64,000 nt of DNA, taken from NCBI GenBank assembly GCA_964188305.1, contig OZ076886.1; one strand, written 5' to 3'. The translations under genes and the position numbers were made by a program. Source of the DNA: Podarcis bocagei. Lineage: Eukaryota. Positions 24,781 to 37,300 of the stretch are shown piece by piece; within the stretch, counting starts at the first letter, position 1, and each line of letters starts with the position of its first letter. The notes under the pieces are model-generated. The model ran no database searches and was not told where the DNA came from. It worked only from the letters and a program-made list of their open reading frames with translations.

Positions 24781-26005
24781 GTTTAATAAGGGATTCAGAT
24801 AACCTTTAATAATTTTACAATCTAAGGCTCTTCCTCAGATCTTCAATCCCAACAAAGCCTCCTCCAGATGAAGCACTTAGCACCAGGATAATTGCTGCCA
24901 CCACCACTTCCTCTACTACCCTTCTACGATAGCAGTTGATAGCCCAGCTATCCCCACAGAATCTTAATAACAGTGGAACCTCTAGAGATGCCCCTCAGAC
25001 TCCAGCTTAACAGGCTTTGAATTAAGTTAATCCATAAAAGCCTCCCATTAAGGGTCAAACATGGCAGAGACGTTTTAGGATCCGGATCCCCTTTTATTCT
25101 TGTTTTTACTGATTAACTGCTAAATTTGAGATTTGCTCTGTTTAACCTTTCCTTCTGTGTCGTTTCACCTAAAGCTGCAACTTGCTTTGCAGGGAGTGGG
25201 TGTGTGAATAGACATGTTCAACATCATACCTAATTTGACCCTAGGCCATCTAGACCTCATGCCTGTCAGTTTTCTCCTGATATGCCCCCACCCCTGCTTT
25301 AGAGTTGTGAGACAAACATGGGGACTCCATGCTGAGCCTGCAACTCTAAACATCTATCCCAAAATAGGTCCCACTGCACTTACAGAGACTTACAGCAGGA
25401 TTCCACTAAGTTGTTGCATGCACAGATGAGGTCTACTGGTTCAACAGGACATTCACCTGCCACATTCCCCGCAAATCTGCTCTGGAAGCTTGGGAGGAAC
25501 CAAAGAACATGTTTAGGGAAGGTGTGTGTAGGGAAGAGACTTTTTGTGTGAGCACACCTCGTTCTGTGCATACATATCCCACTTAGCACTACGGTGAATT
25601 CCACCCCTTTCCAAACAAGCAAGTAAGCATGTTTATGTGTGGGCTGTTAGTGCAATAATGAAGATGGAATGCATACGAGGCTACTGAGGTTTTTAGAAGT
25701 ATATATAAGCTTTAAAATGAATACCACTCCTTTTGGATTTAACCAGCTGATAAAAAGATGGCTACAAAGTAAGTTGGTACCACAGTCTGGCGCAGCCCAC
25801 CCATGAGGCGGGGTGATGCCACCACCTTAGGTGGAAGAAGCCCCTGTGGGGGTGGAAAAGTTGATACCTATTTAGTGCCAGTTGTAAAGGCGGTGGGGTG
25901 GCAGGGCAGGACTCCCAGTTTTGCCTCAAGCAGCAGAACGGGACATGCTGTCCCTAACTACAGTTAACATTTTTGTGCAACTCACACTTTTACTACTAAC
26001 ATGTA

Positions 26006-26234
26006 CAGTCATACCTCATGTTATGGATGCTTCAGGTTACATGTTTTCGGGTTGCAGACCACAGGATACCCGGAAGTACCAGAATGGGTTACTTCTGGGT
26101 TTTGCCGCTCGCGCATGCGCAGAAGCACCAAATTGTGCCGGTGCCTGCGCAGACGTGGCCCTTCAGGATGCGAACGCTGCTGGTTGTGGACGTGCCTCCG
26201 TCACGGATTACGTCCACAACCCGAGGTTCCACTG
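26006..26234. mobile_element. Tc1/mariner-type MITE, subfamily B-related
   Basis: TA|CAGTCATACCTC...GAGGTTCCACTG|TA. Confidence 0.85.
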
Positions 26235-26984
26235 TACTATTATCATTTAGGCAAATACCTAAAATGGCTTGAAGAAGGCAGCAATGACTACTTAAAGATT
26301 AGAAACCTATACCACAATCAGTGACTGCCATAATACTTCTAAAACTTACTATCCTTCGCTAACAGCTGTTGCAGAAATTTTCTTCACTTACAGAGCACAC
26401 ACTTCATTTCAAGATGCCAGCTCAGATATGTAGAAAAGAGTTTAGTTCTATAATTTCAGTACTGTACACCCAATGTTCATTTAATTCATTATCAGGAACA
26501 TCTAAGACTTGATAAGGTACAAAACATAGCATACTGTTCTAAACACTTGAGTCATTACACATTCCTAAAGAAAAACTGTACTCTGAAGCCTCCTTCAACA
26601 TTTCTATTTCTGTTGATTAAATGTAATGACTTTTGCAATTTACTCGCAATATTTATTTCCATATAGCTCCAGATGCTAGGTGTTTCAAAGGCTTAAGGTA
26701 GCAGGAGTGGTGTATGGCAGCAAGGCCTGCATCCTGTGGTGCAACAATTACTTCACTCACCCTTTTCCTTTGATGTAGCAGGAAAGCAGAAACAAAGGAT
26801 CAAAAAACCTTGTCCAGTCCACTACTTGAGTTTCACTGTAGGAAGCACACATGTACTTGAAGAGAAACACACGATAATAAATGAAGGATGAACAAGAGCA
26901 GTAGTAGTTGTAGCACTATTGCTTCATGGGGCAGAGTGTAACCAAAATAAACCTTGGGTTGTAGTAAAAAAGCACACACGTATC

Positions 26985-26988
26985 CACA

Positions 26989-27056
<68 letters not shown>
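26985..27056. repeat. Compound microsatellite (CA)11(GA)25
   Basis: Read directly from the sequence. Confidence 0.97.
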
Positions 27057-27058
<2 letters not shown>

Positions 27059-27922
27059 CAGTAGTACATTGCTGAGATTGCAGGATGATTTAGAATGAGA
27101 CAACTGCCAAAGAACTGCATTGAAGGGAATATTTAATGTTTCTGTAACACTCTTCATCTTTCATATGGGCTACCATAGCCTTCATTTACAGAATAGCAGT
27201 CTAAGGCAAGCAGCATAAATGATGTCCCCTAAACAACATCAGGACAAAACTCAAAAGGAGCAATGCTGAATTGCCTTTTACGAATGTGCTGGGATGCATT
27301 TATCCCTTTTTGAGGCTTCCTGCACACCCTTCATGTGGCTGCTTCTTCCAAAAACCCACATGTACAGGTAATCCTAATATTATCTCAATCCACTGGAAGA
27401 ATTCATCCTTAAATAAAAGCACTGGAAAAACTATTGTGCTGACCCCCAAGTATTACTTCTGCATATTAAAAGTAAAAAGGTAGAGTAGAAGAATGCTACA
27501 GTTGCATGGAAGTTACTCCGATCGTGCAGAATTTAAAACCCAGAATTCTGCTATTGACATATCCAGACACGGCTGGCTAGGGAACAAAAACATCTTCAAC
27601 TATATACAAAGTTAAAGGGGGAGGGGGGAGAAAATTAGAGGACAATTACCTCCCCCCAAAGTTGGAAGCCAATTAACACAATTTGGTTTTGAGTTATTTA
27701 CTCAAAAAGGAGGGGGGGGGTATTTTCCTAGTATAAAGCCACCTAAAAATTGTACTGCACAAAACCTAGCTAATACAATGAAGATTTGGTTAAAAAAAGC
27801 TATTTCCAAAAACACTTTACAGATAAAGGCTTTCAAGTGCTGTAACTAGGTGAAAATGTAGTCAATGAGAAACAAAGCTGCGTGCCATGTAGTGTCACAA
27901 ATACAGTTATGGTTTAAAAAGT

Positions 27923-27928
27923 TTTAAT
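27923..27928 (-). terminator. Candidate proximal AKAP8L polyA signal ATTAAA
   Basis: ATTAAA 36 nt after the stop; a distal AATAAA lies at 26652-26657. Confidence 0.45.
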
Positions 27929-27964
27929 GCAGAGTCTCAAAATGCTTCAACCTTCTGTGCAAGT

Positions 27965-28324
27965 TCACTCATCAGGTGGTTCCATATCCTCTGAAGGTAT
28001 GAATCCTTTTCTTTCTTCTTTTTCTTTGTCTTTTTCTTCATCATATTTTTGCTCCTGCTCAGCAGCAAATGATTCCTGGGATGTGTTCAAATTCTGCTCT
28101 TCCATTTGTCCTGGTGGTGGTTCTTCATCATCATTTCCTTTGTTTTCTGCAGTACCTTCTTCAACTACGTCTTCCTCAGCCAGATTGTCTCCACCTTTGG
28201 TTTCTTCTTCAACCTTGTTTTCTTCACCTTCAGCTGCTCCCTCCTCCATATTTCCACTTGTTCCTGCCTCACCTTCCTCATGTTCCTCTTTCTCTTCAGG
28301 ATCATCTGTGAAGGGATTCTCCCC
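27965..28324 (-). CDS. AKAP8L: AKAP8L exon 13 (acidic tail, TGA stop)
   Basis: TTTCAG|[11 protein letters not shown]...EDMEPPDE*. Confidence 0.93.
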   Translation of the reverse strand, partial: GENPFTDDPEEKEEHEEGEAGTSGNMEEGAAEGEENKVEEETKGGDNLAEEDVVEEGTAENKGNDDEEPPPGQMEEQNLNTSQESFAAEQEQKYDEEKDKEKEERKGFIPSEDMEPPDE

Positions 28325-31300
28325 CTGAAAAACAAATCAGAACCACCTGACACCCAGCATTAAACACCACACACTTTAAGGAACTGAGCCGTCTACAATA
28401 TATAGCTGGGTAAGCAAGTTTCTGTTGTTGAGTGGGGCCATCACATAAAAATAATTTTAAGGCCTTGACTACTGCACTAATTTATTTATTTTTGGTATGC
28501 TTTAAACTACAGAACCTGAAGAAAATCAAATACAAAAGTTACAAGAAATCAGGACACTTTCATTCCTTTTCTTTCACTAGTAGATATAATCAAGTCTCTG
28601 AAACAAGTGAAAGATCCCTGATCATTTTTGGGGGGACTATGGCATTTCAACCAACAAGTGTCTCAATAATCTTTTTGAAAACAAGAATGTGTTCTCCATT
28701 ATACAAGCAAACTCATTTCTTTTAACCTCCAGGATGTGACAGAAATTTAAAAAGTCATCCCACTCCAGTGGGTGGGTACATATCAATTTATAAAGAGTTT
28801 AAAAATATCTTGCAATTTACACAGCAATTACTGTTCATTTTGCAAAAGTTGTTAAAACTCTCCATAGAGTACAGTCTAGGTGTGCCCAATGCCCAGTTCA
28901 CAGACTGATTGTGGTCTCCTCCCTTCTATTTGCAGCTACTTGGGGAAATTCCACATTCCATCATTTGTGGCCCCTTCCCACATCTTTACAAGAACATATA
29001 ATGCCTACTGAAACCCTTCCAAATTGGACTGGAAATGAGAGAATGCCTATAGAACACTTCCTCTTCCTGGATTCAGATATGTCTTTCAAGCCTGCTGCAG
29101 CGTACTAAGCATGCTGCATGGTCCACCTGCATCTGTGGACCCTTCACTAGGGTGGATTTCCTGGGGCTATTGCTGCCACTCTCAATAAAGTATTTTGAGG
29201 GGGAACACAATAGGAAAGAAAGCAAAACGAGAGAGGTGATTTTTAAAGTGTATACAGAAACTGGGTGCAAACAGAAAAAAACACTGCAAGATGCAGAGAA
29301 CTGCATACAGTTGTACCTCTTGTTACGTCAGTCTCTGGTTGCGTTTTTTCAGGATACGAACGTGGCAAACCCAGAAAGTGTATACTTCCAGGTTTCGCCA
29401 TGTGCGCATGCGCAGAAGTGCTCTATTGCAGCGCTCTAGTTGCGGACTTCTCAGGGTGCAAACGGTACCCCGGAATGGATCAAGTCTGTAACTAGAGGTA
29501 CCACTGTAGTAAGAAAACACAGGGAAGTTAAGAAGTTGGAGGTGCACACACGTACAGATGAGGAAATGGAAAAAGGAATGGGTTCAGTGGTCTGCAGAGA
29601 GAAATTAAGACTTAGAAACTGAGAGTGCCCTTATAGTAAGGCACAGAGAAGAGAGGGTGCACTATGAAGTAGAGACAGAAAATGGAGATTAGTGGAAAAT
29701 ACATTAAAACTCAGTTAATATTAGAAAATAAAAGCTTTTCCATTGTTAACATAGCAATATGGCTCTTTTTAAGTGGGGGGGGGTGAGTTGTATGCAACAT
29801 GTGTGTGAGTGGAACAGACTTCACCTCACACACTTCTTCCCTGAAGCCCTCCATGCACCCTCAAAATTTACATTGGAGGGATAGGGTACCCTCTAGAGCA
29901 GATTTCAGGAATGCATGGTGGCTGCAGGTAGAATGAAATAAGTTATACAGTGCAAGCATGAAGTTCGCTCATGCCACTTTGGATTCTGCCCATAACCCCT
30001 CTGTGGGCCGTTCTTATGTGTATATGTTTTACCTTCAGATATCGCTCCAATTTCTTGCTGATAAGTTTATTGTTAAGAATACTTCTTGCAACTACTAATG
30101 ATGATTTTTTTGACTGTTCCATCATAGCCTAGAAGACAAAACACATAAATAAATGGTCTGCACAAAATGTATCTACATTTCGTTATTTTTTATACCAAGA
30201 CAGACCTTCCAAAATACAGTAACTTTTCACACATTTTCATCAGGAACTATTTAATGTGGGAAGGAGACTCACAAATCTCCTCCTACTTCCCAAGCAAAAT
30301 TGATTTTGACAGGTCAAATTTGGTGTGCAAGGCAGATCCTGAGAATGATCAGGCCTGTGGAGCCAAAAAGGTTCCCCACTCTAGACTTAGACTGTGGAAG
30401 CTGAGAAGGAAAAAAACTGCTTTCTCACCTGTCAATTCACCGGACCCTATCCACTGTTAATTCTGAACCTTAATATCCAACCAAACATCTAAGGGCAAAT
30501 TTATATTTGGCAGTGTAAGTCTGTTTGTGGCATGTGCACCACACCTCTCCCAGTAAACACTGGGTAGCACAAAAGAAAGAGACATGTACTGAGCTGCAGC
30601 GATCAACTGAGTCCACAACCTATGTCCACTGTGTGAAGCAAGATATACACATCTCTCTTTCATAAGTTAGTGTTTAACAAAACAGATCAAAAAGTCTACA
30701 TAAAATTTTTATTGGCCAATGCACTTTTAAAGTTCTTTAGCTTAAGGGTAGTGAATTTGCAACTCAAATTCTTAAAAAATTTAATGAAGCAGGTTTTTGG
30801 TATGTGTGTGTTTTAACAAAACCAAGCAGGAGCTACATTTGCAGTCAAAGAACTGCTTGGAAATAATGGGATGCCATTAATGGCTATGTTACTGCCAGGA
30901 GAGTAGCTATACTATATTGATATATATATTTAAAATAGATACTATAGTCTCTTAAGCATGCTCTTTAAAGTATTTTTATGTTAAAATAAGCATCAAAGCC
31001 CCTAAATTATTCAATTGCTTTAGTCTTCATCTGCTTTTGCCATTATAAAGTTGAATGATGTAGTGATTGTTCAAGCTTCTCCAGTGCGTTTTTGTGGTGA
31101 ACAGCTAATTCAACAAATCCACTTACTCTGCGGTTGTGGTTATGATCAAGGGATTTCAGATGTTTCTGGATTATTCCATACTGCATCGGAATGAAGAGGT
31201 CACAAGCAACACAGTGAGCAGCCTCCACCTTTTTTACAAAATGTTCCATACCTATGTCTGAGAAAAGTTAAAGAAGTCATAATATTACAGACTGTAGAAC

Positions 31301-34300
31301 GCATATGGAAAACCCATGGCCATCTGCTGTGGGAACACAAACTCCTATAAGCCCCAGCAACCATGTCAATGGTGAGGGATGATGAGCACTGTAGTTCAGT
31401 AACCAGTGCTAGAAACTGAGATATGAAAACTAGGAGCTAAATGGTACCTTAAACCTAGGTTATAACAAGAATACAAAGCTGAAAATTAATAAACTACAGC
31501 TAAAATCTTAATAACAAGAATACAAAGCTGAAAATTAATAAACTACAGCTAAAATCTTATGTTCATTTTTCACATGGTCTAGTCCTCATTTGAAGGCTGC
31601 AAAAACAAAGCCATACTTCCCCTGCCTGCCCCCCTAATATTCTTTTGAGGGTCCCTTCTCCAGTCTTCAGAGAGTGGTTGGAAGTGGGGAGGCAGAAAAA
31701 GGTCCTCCTTTCCTTCCAGTTTTAATCTGAAATCTTAGGTGCAAGTACTGTACCCAGAGCTCAAAAACTGCTTGCATTAATGAAATTCTCTGTTGCAAAA
31801 TGCGCCTGAACAATGGGAGTTGCGAACACTGTCAGCAACGTCTGGAGGGCCATAAGATTCCTATAGGAAACCTTTGATAGCAGGAAAATATATAGGAGGG
31901 TGAAATAACAGACTTCCATTCCTCAGGGGCAGTGGGGGAAATTCTCTCTCTAAAAAAGTACCTATCCTACCGTACACACAATGACTGTTTTGCACACATA
32001 AACACCCCCCTCGACTGTACCAAAGGAACAAAATGTGGGGAGGGTGGGGTATTCAATATCCATCTCAGCTAATAGCAAAGTTAATTTAGGGATATCTTTC
32101 TCTCACACAGAACATTATGGAATTGCTTCCTATTCTCTATCCTATTTTTCTGAATGAAAACTGAATATTTTTACCCAAGAAAACAACAGTATGTATTGCT
32201 TTTTAGCTGGCTTTTAAGACACCTACCCTGGGTAAGATCTTGGTCTTTGTAGATCTGTTGTATAACTGCATTAATATCTTCAATTGCTTTACGGCGTTCT
32301 TCTGTCTTCTTTGTTTTATTAGCAACATACTCCTGCATTGCAGAAAAGCTTATGAATACTCAATAGTGCATAATACCATACTGGCCTGGCCCAATGCACA
32401 ACATGCTAGGATTACTATACAGTACAATCAAAGCTATGCCTTCCTTTCCTTTCCCCCATCTCTCTCAAAAGCAAGAACTAAGGTAATGGTGTGGATGTGT
32501 TGTGTACTGAAAAATGCAAGAGCAGCACAGATGAACTGAGAGATGCTGATGTTTTCTACTCTGACAGTCATCCAAAAGTACATTTTTTGCCCCACTTGAA
32601 ATAATTAAAAACCAAATGACAAGGAGGGATTGGGGAAAATGAAGCAAAGTGCCACATCTAGCTTTGCATGTTAATATCTAAAGGAAAATGGAATGCTCAA
32701 AGGGAAAAAAAGCCGACCTGGAGGAAGTCAGCTGTTTGCTGGGGCAGCTTGGTTCCAACAAATGCAAAGTGTTCCTTGTGGAATTTGCTCTCCAAATGGT
32801 TGGTCATCTCATCCTCATAGAAAGTGCGATACTTGCACAACGAACATACAAACTGAATCCTGTTAAGACATATCAAATAAAGAAAAATATTTTTATCTGC
32901 ACAGCAGTAATTTGAAAACTTCCAGTTTCCTTTATGTAGTCAAGCTGATATAGTTTCTATAGCAAAGAACTACAATACACTAGGTGTGCTTGAATAAGCA
33001 ACACTGCTGTCCTATTCCCAATTGAACTCTTTATAGACCATGTATCCTGAAACTGTTGTTGGTGAATACGTGAGACCATCAGCCCTCCAACTTCTTGTTC
33101 TAACCCTACCAGCAATCCCCAAGACTGCACAGAACTTCAGTACAGCTGTGATGTAGAGCACTGGAAGGGCATTGGCTTATTATTATTATTTAAACAGAGA
33201 ATTGCTTGTTTTTAAATGTTATAATACCTTTGAAAAACTTTTGAAAGTACAACATGAAACATCAACCTCCAACAACTTGTTGGACTTACCTTTCCACCAT
33301 CCGATCACGATACCTCTTTTTTTGCCTCTCTTGAGTTTTCTTACCAGCTTGCAATTTGCGCTTGATTTGACTGATCTCTTCTTGAATGGTCATAGCTCCT
33401 ACATGAATAAGATCAGTTTATTTTTAAAGAATATCTACTCATGGACCTTACTGAACTCCTGGATAAGATTGGGCTCCAGGTTCCTAATCTACCTTCAATG
33501 AAGAGGCCATACTATAACTTATCTGTACACCACTTGAATCGTGTTGTTTTTTTAAAATAAAATAGTCTGTAAATTTTCTAAATGAATACATAAAATAATT
33601 CACAAAGTGCTAGTTTCCTGGAGTTTAATCAGACTTGGAAGCACAATTGCTACTTAAAGTTTTAAGACAAATATAATTGTTGGGAGACACAACTGTGGGA
33701 TACACAAAACCAATTGTTCAGTGATGGTTTATATGAGAAGAAAAACATTTAGTTTGCCTCACAGGTTAATTGGAAAGTACTACATATTAAATAGGAATCT
33801 GCCTGGTCATTGGATAAAGGATAAAGTGTGAGTTACAGTTTAGACGAACTCTGAGCTTGATCCCACACAGAAGAATTCTCTTCAGGTTATTCCAGGTATA
33901 AGTGTTGCTGCTTATATTATTATTTTTTATTACATTTGTATACTGCTCTATACTCATAGATCTCAGTGCTGTCCACAAAATAGAATTACAGCATCAACAG
34001 CACAAAAATATAATAAAAAATAAGAACAGAAACAAACCAGCAACCCCTCCTTCTATATTATGAGTTTGTGGGGTTCCTGGACCCCGGTTCTAGCACATGG
34101 GTGCCAAACACTGGATTTAGCAAAAGGTTGTAGTACAGGCCAAAACAGTTTCAAGTTCAGGAAAAAACCTCAGAGAAGAGCCATCAAGGAAAACAAAAGG
34201 AAGGTAATGGACGATTAACAAAGCAAATACAGTGGACGCTCGGGTTGCGAACATGATCCGTGCGGGATGCACGTTCGCAACCTGCGTCTGTGCACGCGTG

Positions 34301-37300
34301 GGTTGCAATTCGGTGCGCATGCGTGACTGCCGAAACCAGAAGTAACCCGTTCCGTTACTTCCGGGTTTCGGCGGTCCGCAACCCCAAAAAACGCAACCTG
34401 AAGCGGCTGTAACTCAAGGTATGACTGTACTCTGTGCTGGAGGACTAATGGGTGTAAGCCTCTCCTTCAAGTCATAGCTAGCTTGCAGGACAAAGGCCAG
34501 GGTTGGAAGGAGAGTAGTGGTATAGGATTGCAGCTGGGAATGATGTAAGGGAAAAGGTGGCAGTCTGTTAAAGGCAGCAAACTGGAGCAGGGTGACAGAG
34601 GGCCATGGCTGATTTCTGCTGGCATCTAAGACTGTGGGATGAAGCGAGTACATCTTGTAATGCTATAAGCGCTTACCATAGGCTCAGGTTGTATACATAT
34701 GTAAATAAACCATATATCCAAGAAACCACAGTCTTTGCTGTGCCTCATTTCCAAGGGAAACACAAACACTGGGTAAGTGCCTGGACTTCTATAATCTTGC
34801 ACCACTCGGAGATTAGGATGATGTGCAACAATATTCAGCATAGCCAACTGACAGATTTTTATTGCTTCTGGGAGCAATTATTTTTGAATAATTTCACTGC
34901 CTGGAAGTGATCTGCTGTGAATGCTGAAGGCATAGCCATATTGGTACTGGAAACTAGCTCAAAACAGTTATAGCCTACCTACACAAATAGTCTAGGGAAT
35001 TGCTAGAATTAACATTATCACATTGTAAAACTCTTCTGCCTGAGTATTTTGATCATTGTAAATTTAACTAATTGTGTAGTACTCAAGATACATGTATTAT
35101 TAGGGAATACTTGCTAGGTTAGTTCTGAACCAACATGTAAAAACTGAAACTTGGAATTTATCAATGGTTTATAAAATGGCTCTAATACAATAATGCGTAT
35201 CTCCTGCAATATTCCACACATCTTTTTAAAAAAATCTTTATTGCATTTTTAAAAATTACAAAGAAAGCATATATTAAACATTACATCCAAATATTCAAAA
35301 CTAAAACGAAAAAATACAAAACAAGAAAAATATAAATATAAAAGGAAAATAAAAACGAAAAAGAAAAAAGAAATTAATAAGTACACCAAATTATTCAAAG
35401 GATACAAACAGTGATTTGATTATTCTATACACCAAGTTCCCAGAAATAAATTGCACAATATTCCACACATCTTGTCACAAAAAATAACATAACCACCAGA
35501 AGTACCCTAATGCATGTACATTGGAACTTACCTTTCTCAGAGTCTCCTTTTCTTTCCTCATCTTCACCTCCTTCTCCCTCTCCCTCCTAAAATGTAATTA
35601 AAGACACTGAAGCATAGAGCTGCACTTGCTTACAGGCAAGGTAACAACACATGTAGAAATTACCTTTACATCAAGTAATCAGGAGTGCTGCTAGCTACCA
35701 AGATGCTTTGGGGCTTAGACAATAAACAGCCACTGTTCATAACCACAGTACAAAATTACCATTTGCTAGAAACACCAATATAGTAGGCTGTGATTGTGAG
35801 TATCCTTTAAATTCTCTGCAACAATGAGCAATGAAAAAACCCGTAGCTGCATCAGAATTTGTTTAAGAATTTCATGTTTTAAGAAACCTCTCAAAATCAT
35901 AAGATCTGCAATTAAAATTTGAAAATTGACACTAACTACAAATAGGACTCTGTTCAGTTCTGCACTGATCAAACTATAACTCTATGCTCAAACTCTAAGC
36001 CAGAGGTAAGGAACCTTTGGCTCTTCTAACGTTGCACTTTAAATCCCATCAGCCCCAGGGCACATGGCTAACGGTCAGAGATGATGTAAGTTGTAGTCCA
36101 CCAATATCTGGAGGGCCACTCCTGTTCTATGCCTTCTTAAGTTCTTAGCCATACACAAACATAGCTAAAATGTGGGGAATTGTCAGCTGGCCTTACCCCC
36201 TTTTGCTGCATCCATCCTATCACTACATCTGCCTGACACCAGTGCAAGGAATGCCATATTACAGTAAGGGGCCTTATGCATGTAGGCCAGATCTGATCTC
36301 TCACATTTGGGGAACACAATTTACAAAAATCAGACCTACATATATTGAGCTATATGCACATAAAACCCAACTTTAACATGCACTAACATCAGATGAGAGC
36401 AGAGTCAGCTGCCACAATCCCAATCACCTACAATGAATAGCCAGCAATGCAATCCGTATACGGTTCACTCTCTATTTGTACACTAACACTTTCTGTCCAT
36501 CCTATATCTGAGCACAACATAATAGATTATGTTAGTAATTATTTGGAAGCAGATGTACAGATCTATACATTAAATCTTCAATAAATAACTGAAAAAACAC
36601 CAAGTATGTCTTCTCAGTGTCAGACCTGACACAAAGCAAAGTGAATGAGTTACCCCAATCTATATATCATGAGAATCATTAAAGGAGAGCCAATTATCAA
36701 CAATTTAAATTATTATACTACTTATTGTAGTGAGGCTGGGGAATGAGCTTGTGTTCACCTCGGGCACCAGTGCCTTGAGTCAGCTTTGTTCTTTAAACGT
36801 TCATTCATCACCTAGTCACACTAGCCTCTGGTCTCTGAACAACAGAAAAAAGGAACTGTACATGGTCTCTCCCTAAACAGAAAGGCAAGCATGGCAGGAC
36901 ATCATTTGTAACTCTTGTTCCTATCATATATGAATAAGACACTGGGATTATAAAACTTTGAAACAAAACTAAATTCAGACTCACATTTTTAGAACCCTTC
37001 TCAGTAGCTTCTCCTTCAGGGCCCTCTTCTGAAAAGAACAACATATTAAGTAACTATACAGACTATAAAATGACTGTAACAGTGCAACCCTATGTATGAC
37101 TTCTCAGAAGCAAGTTCTACTGAGTTCAATTATATTTGCTCCCAGGTAAGTGGGTATAGGGTTGCAAGCCTGAAATATTTCACAAAAAGTTTTGTTTTAA
37201 TGAACATTAATAAAAAATAGCATACATGGCATCGGACACTGATACAGATTTCTAGAATATCTGGACTCTTTCCAGATCGCTTGTGGGGGGGGGGCAGAGG

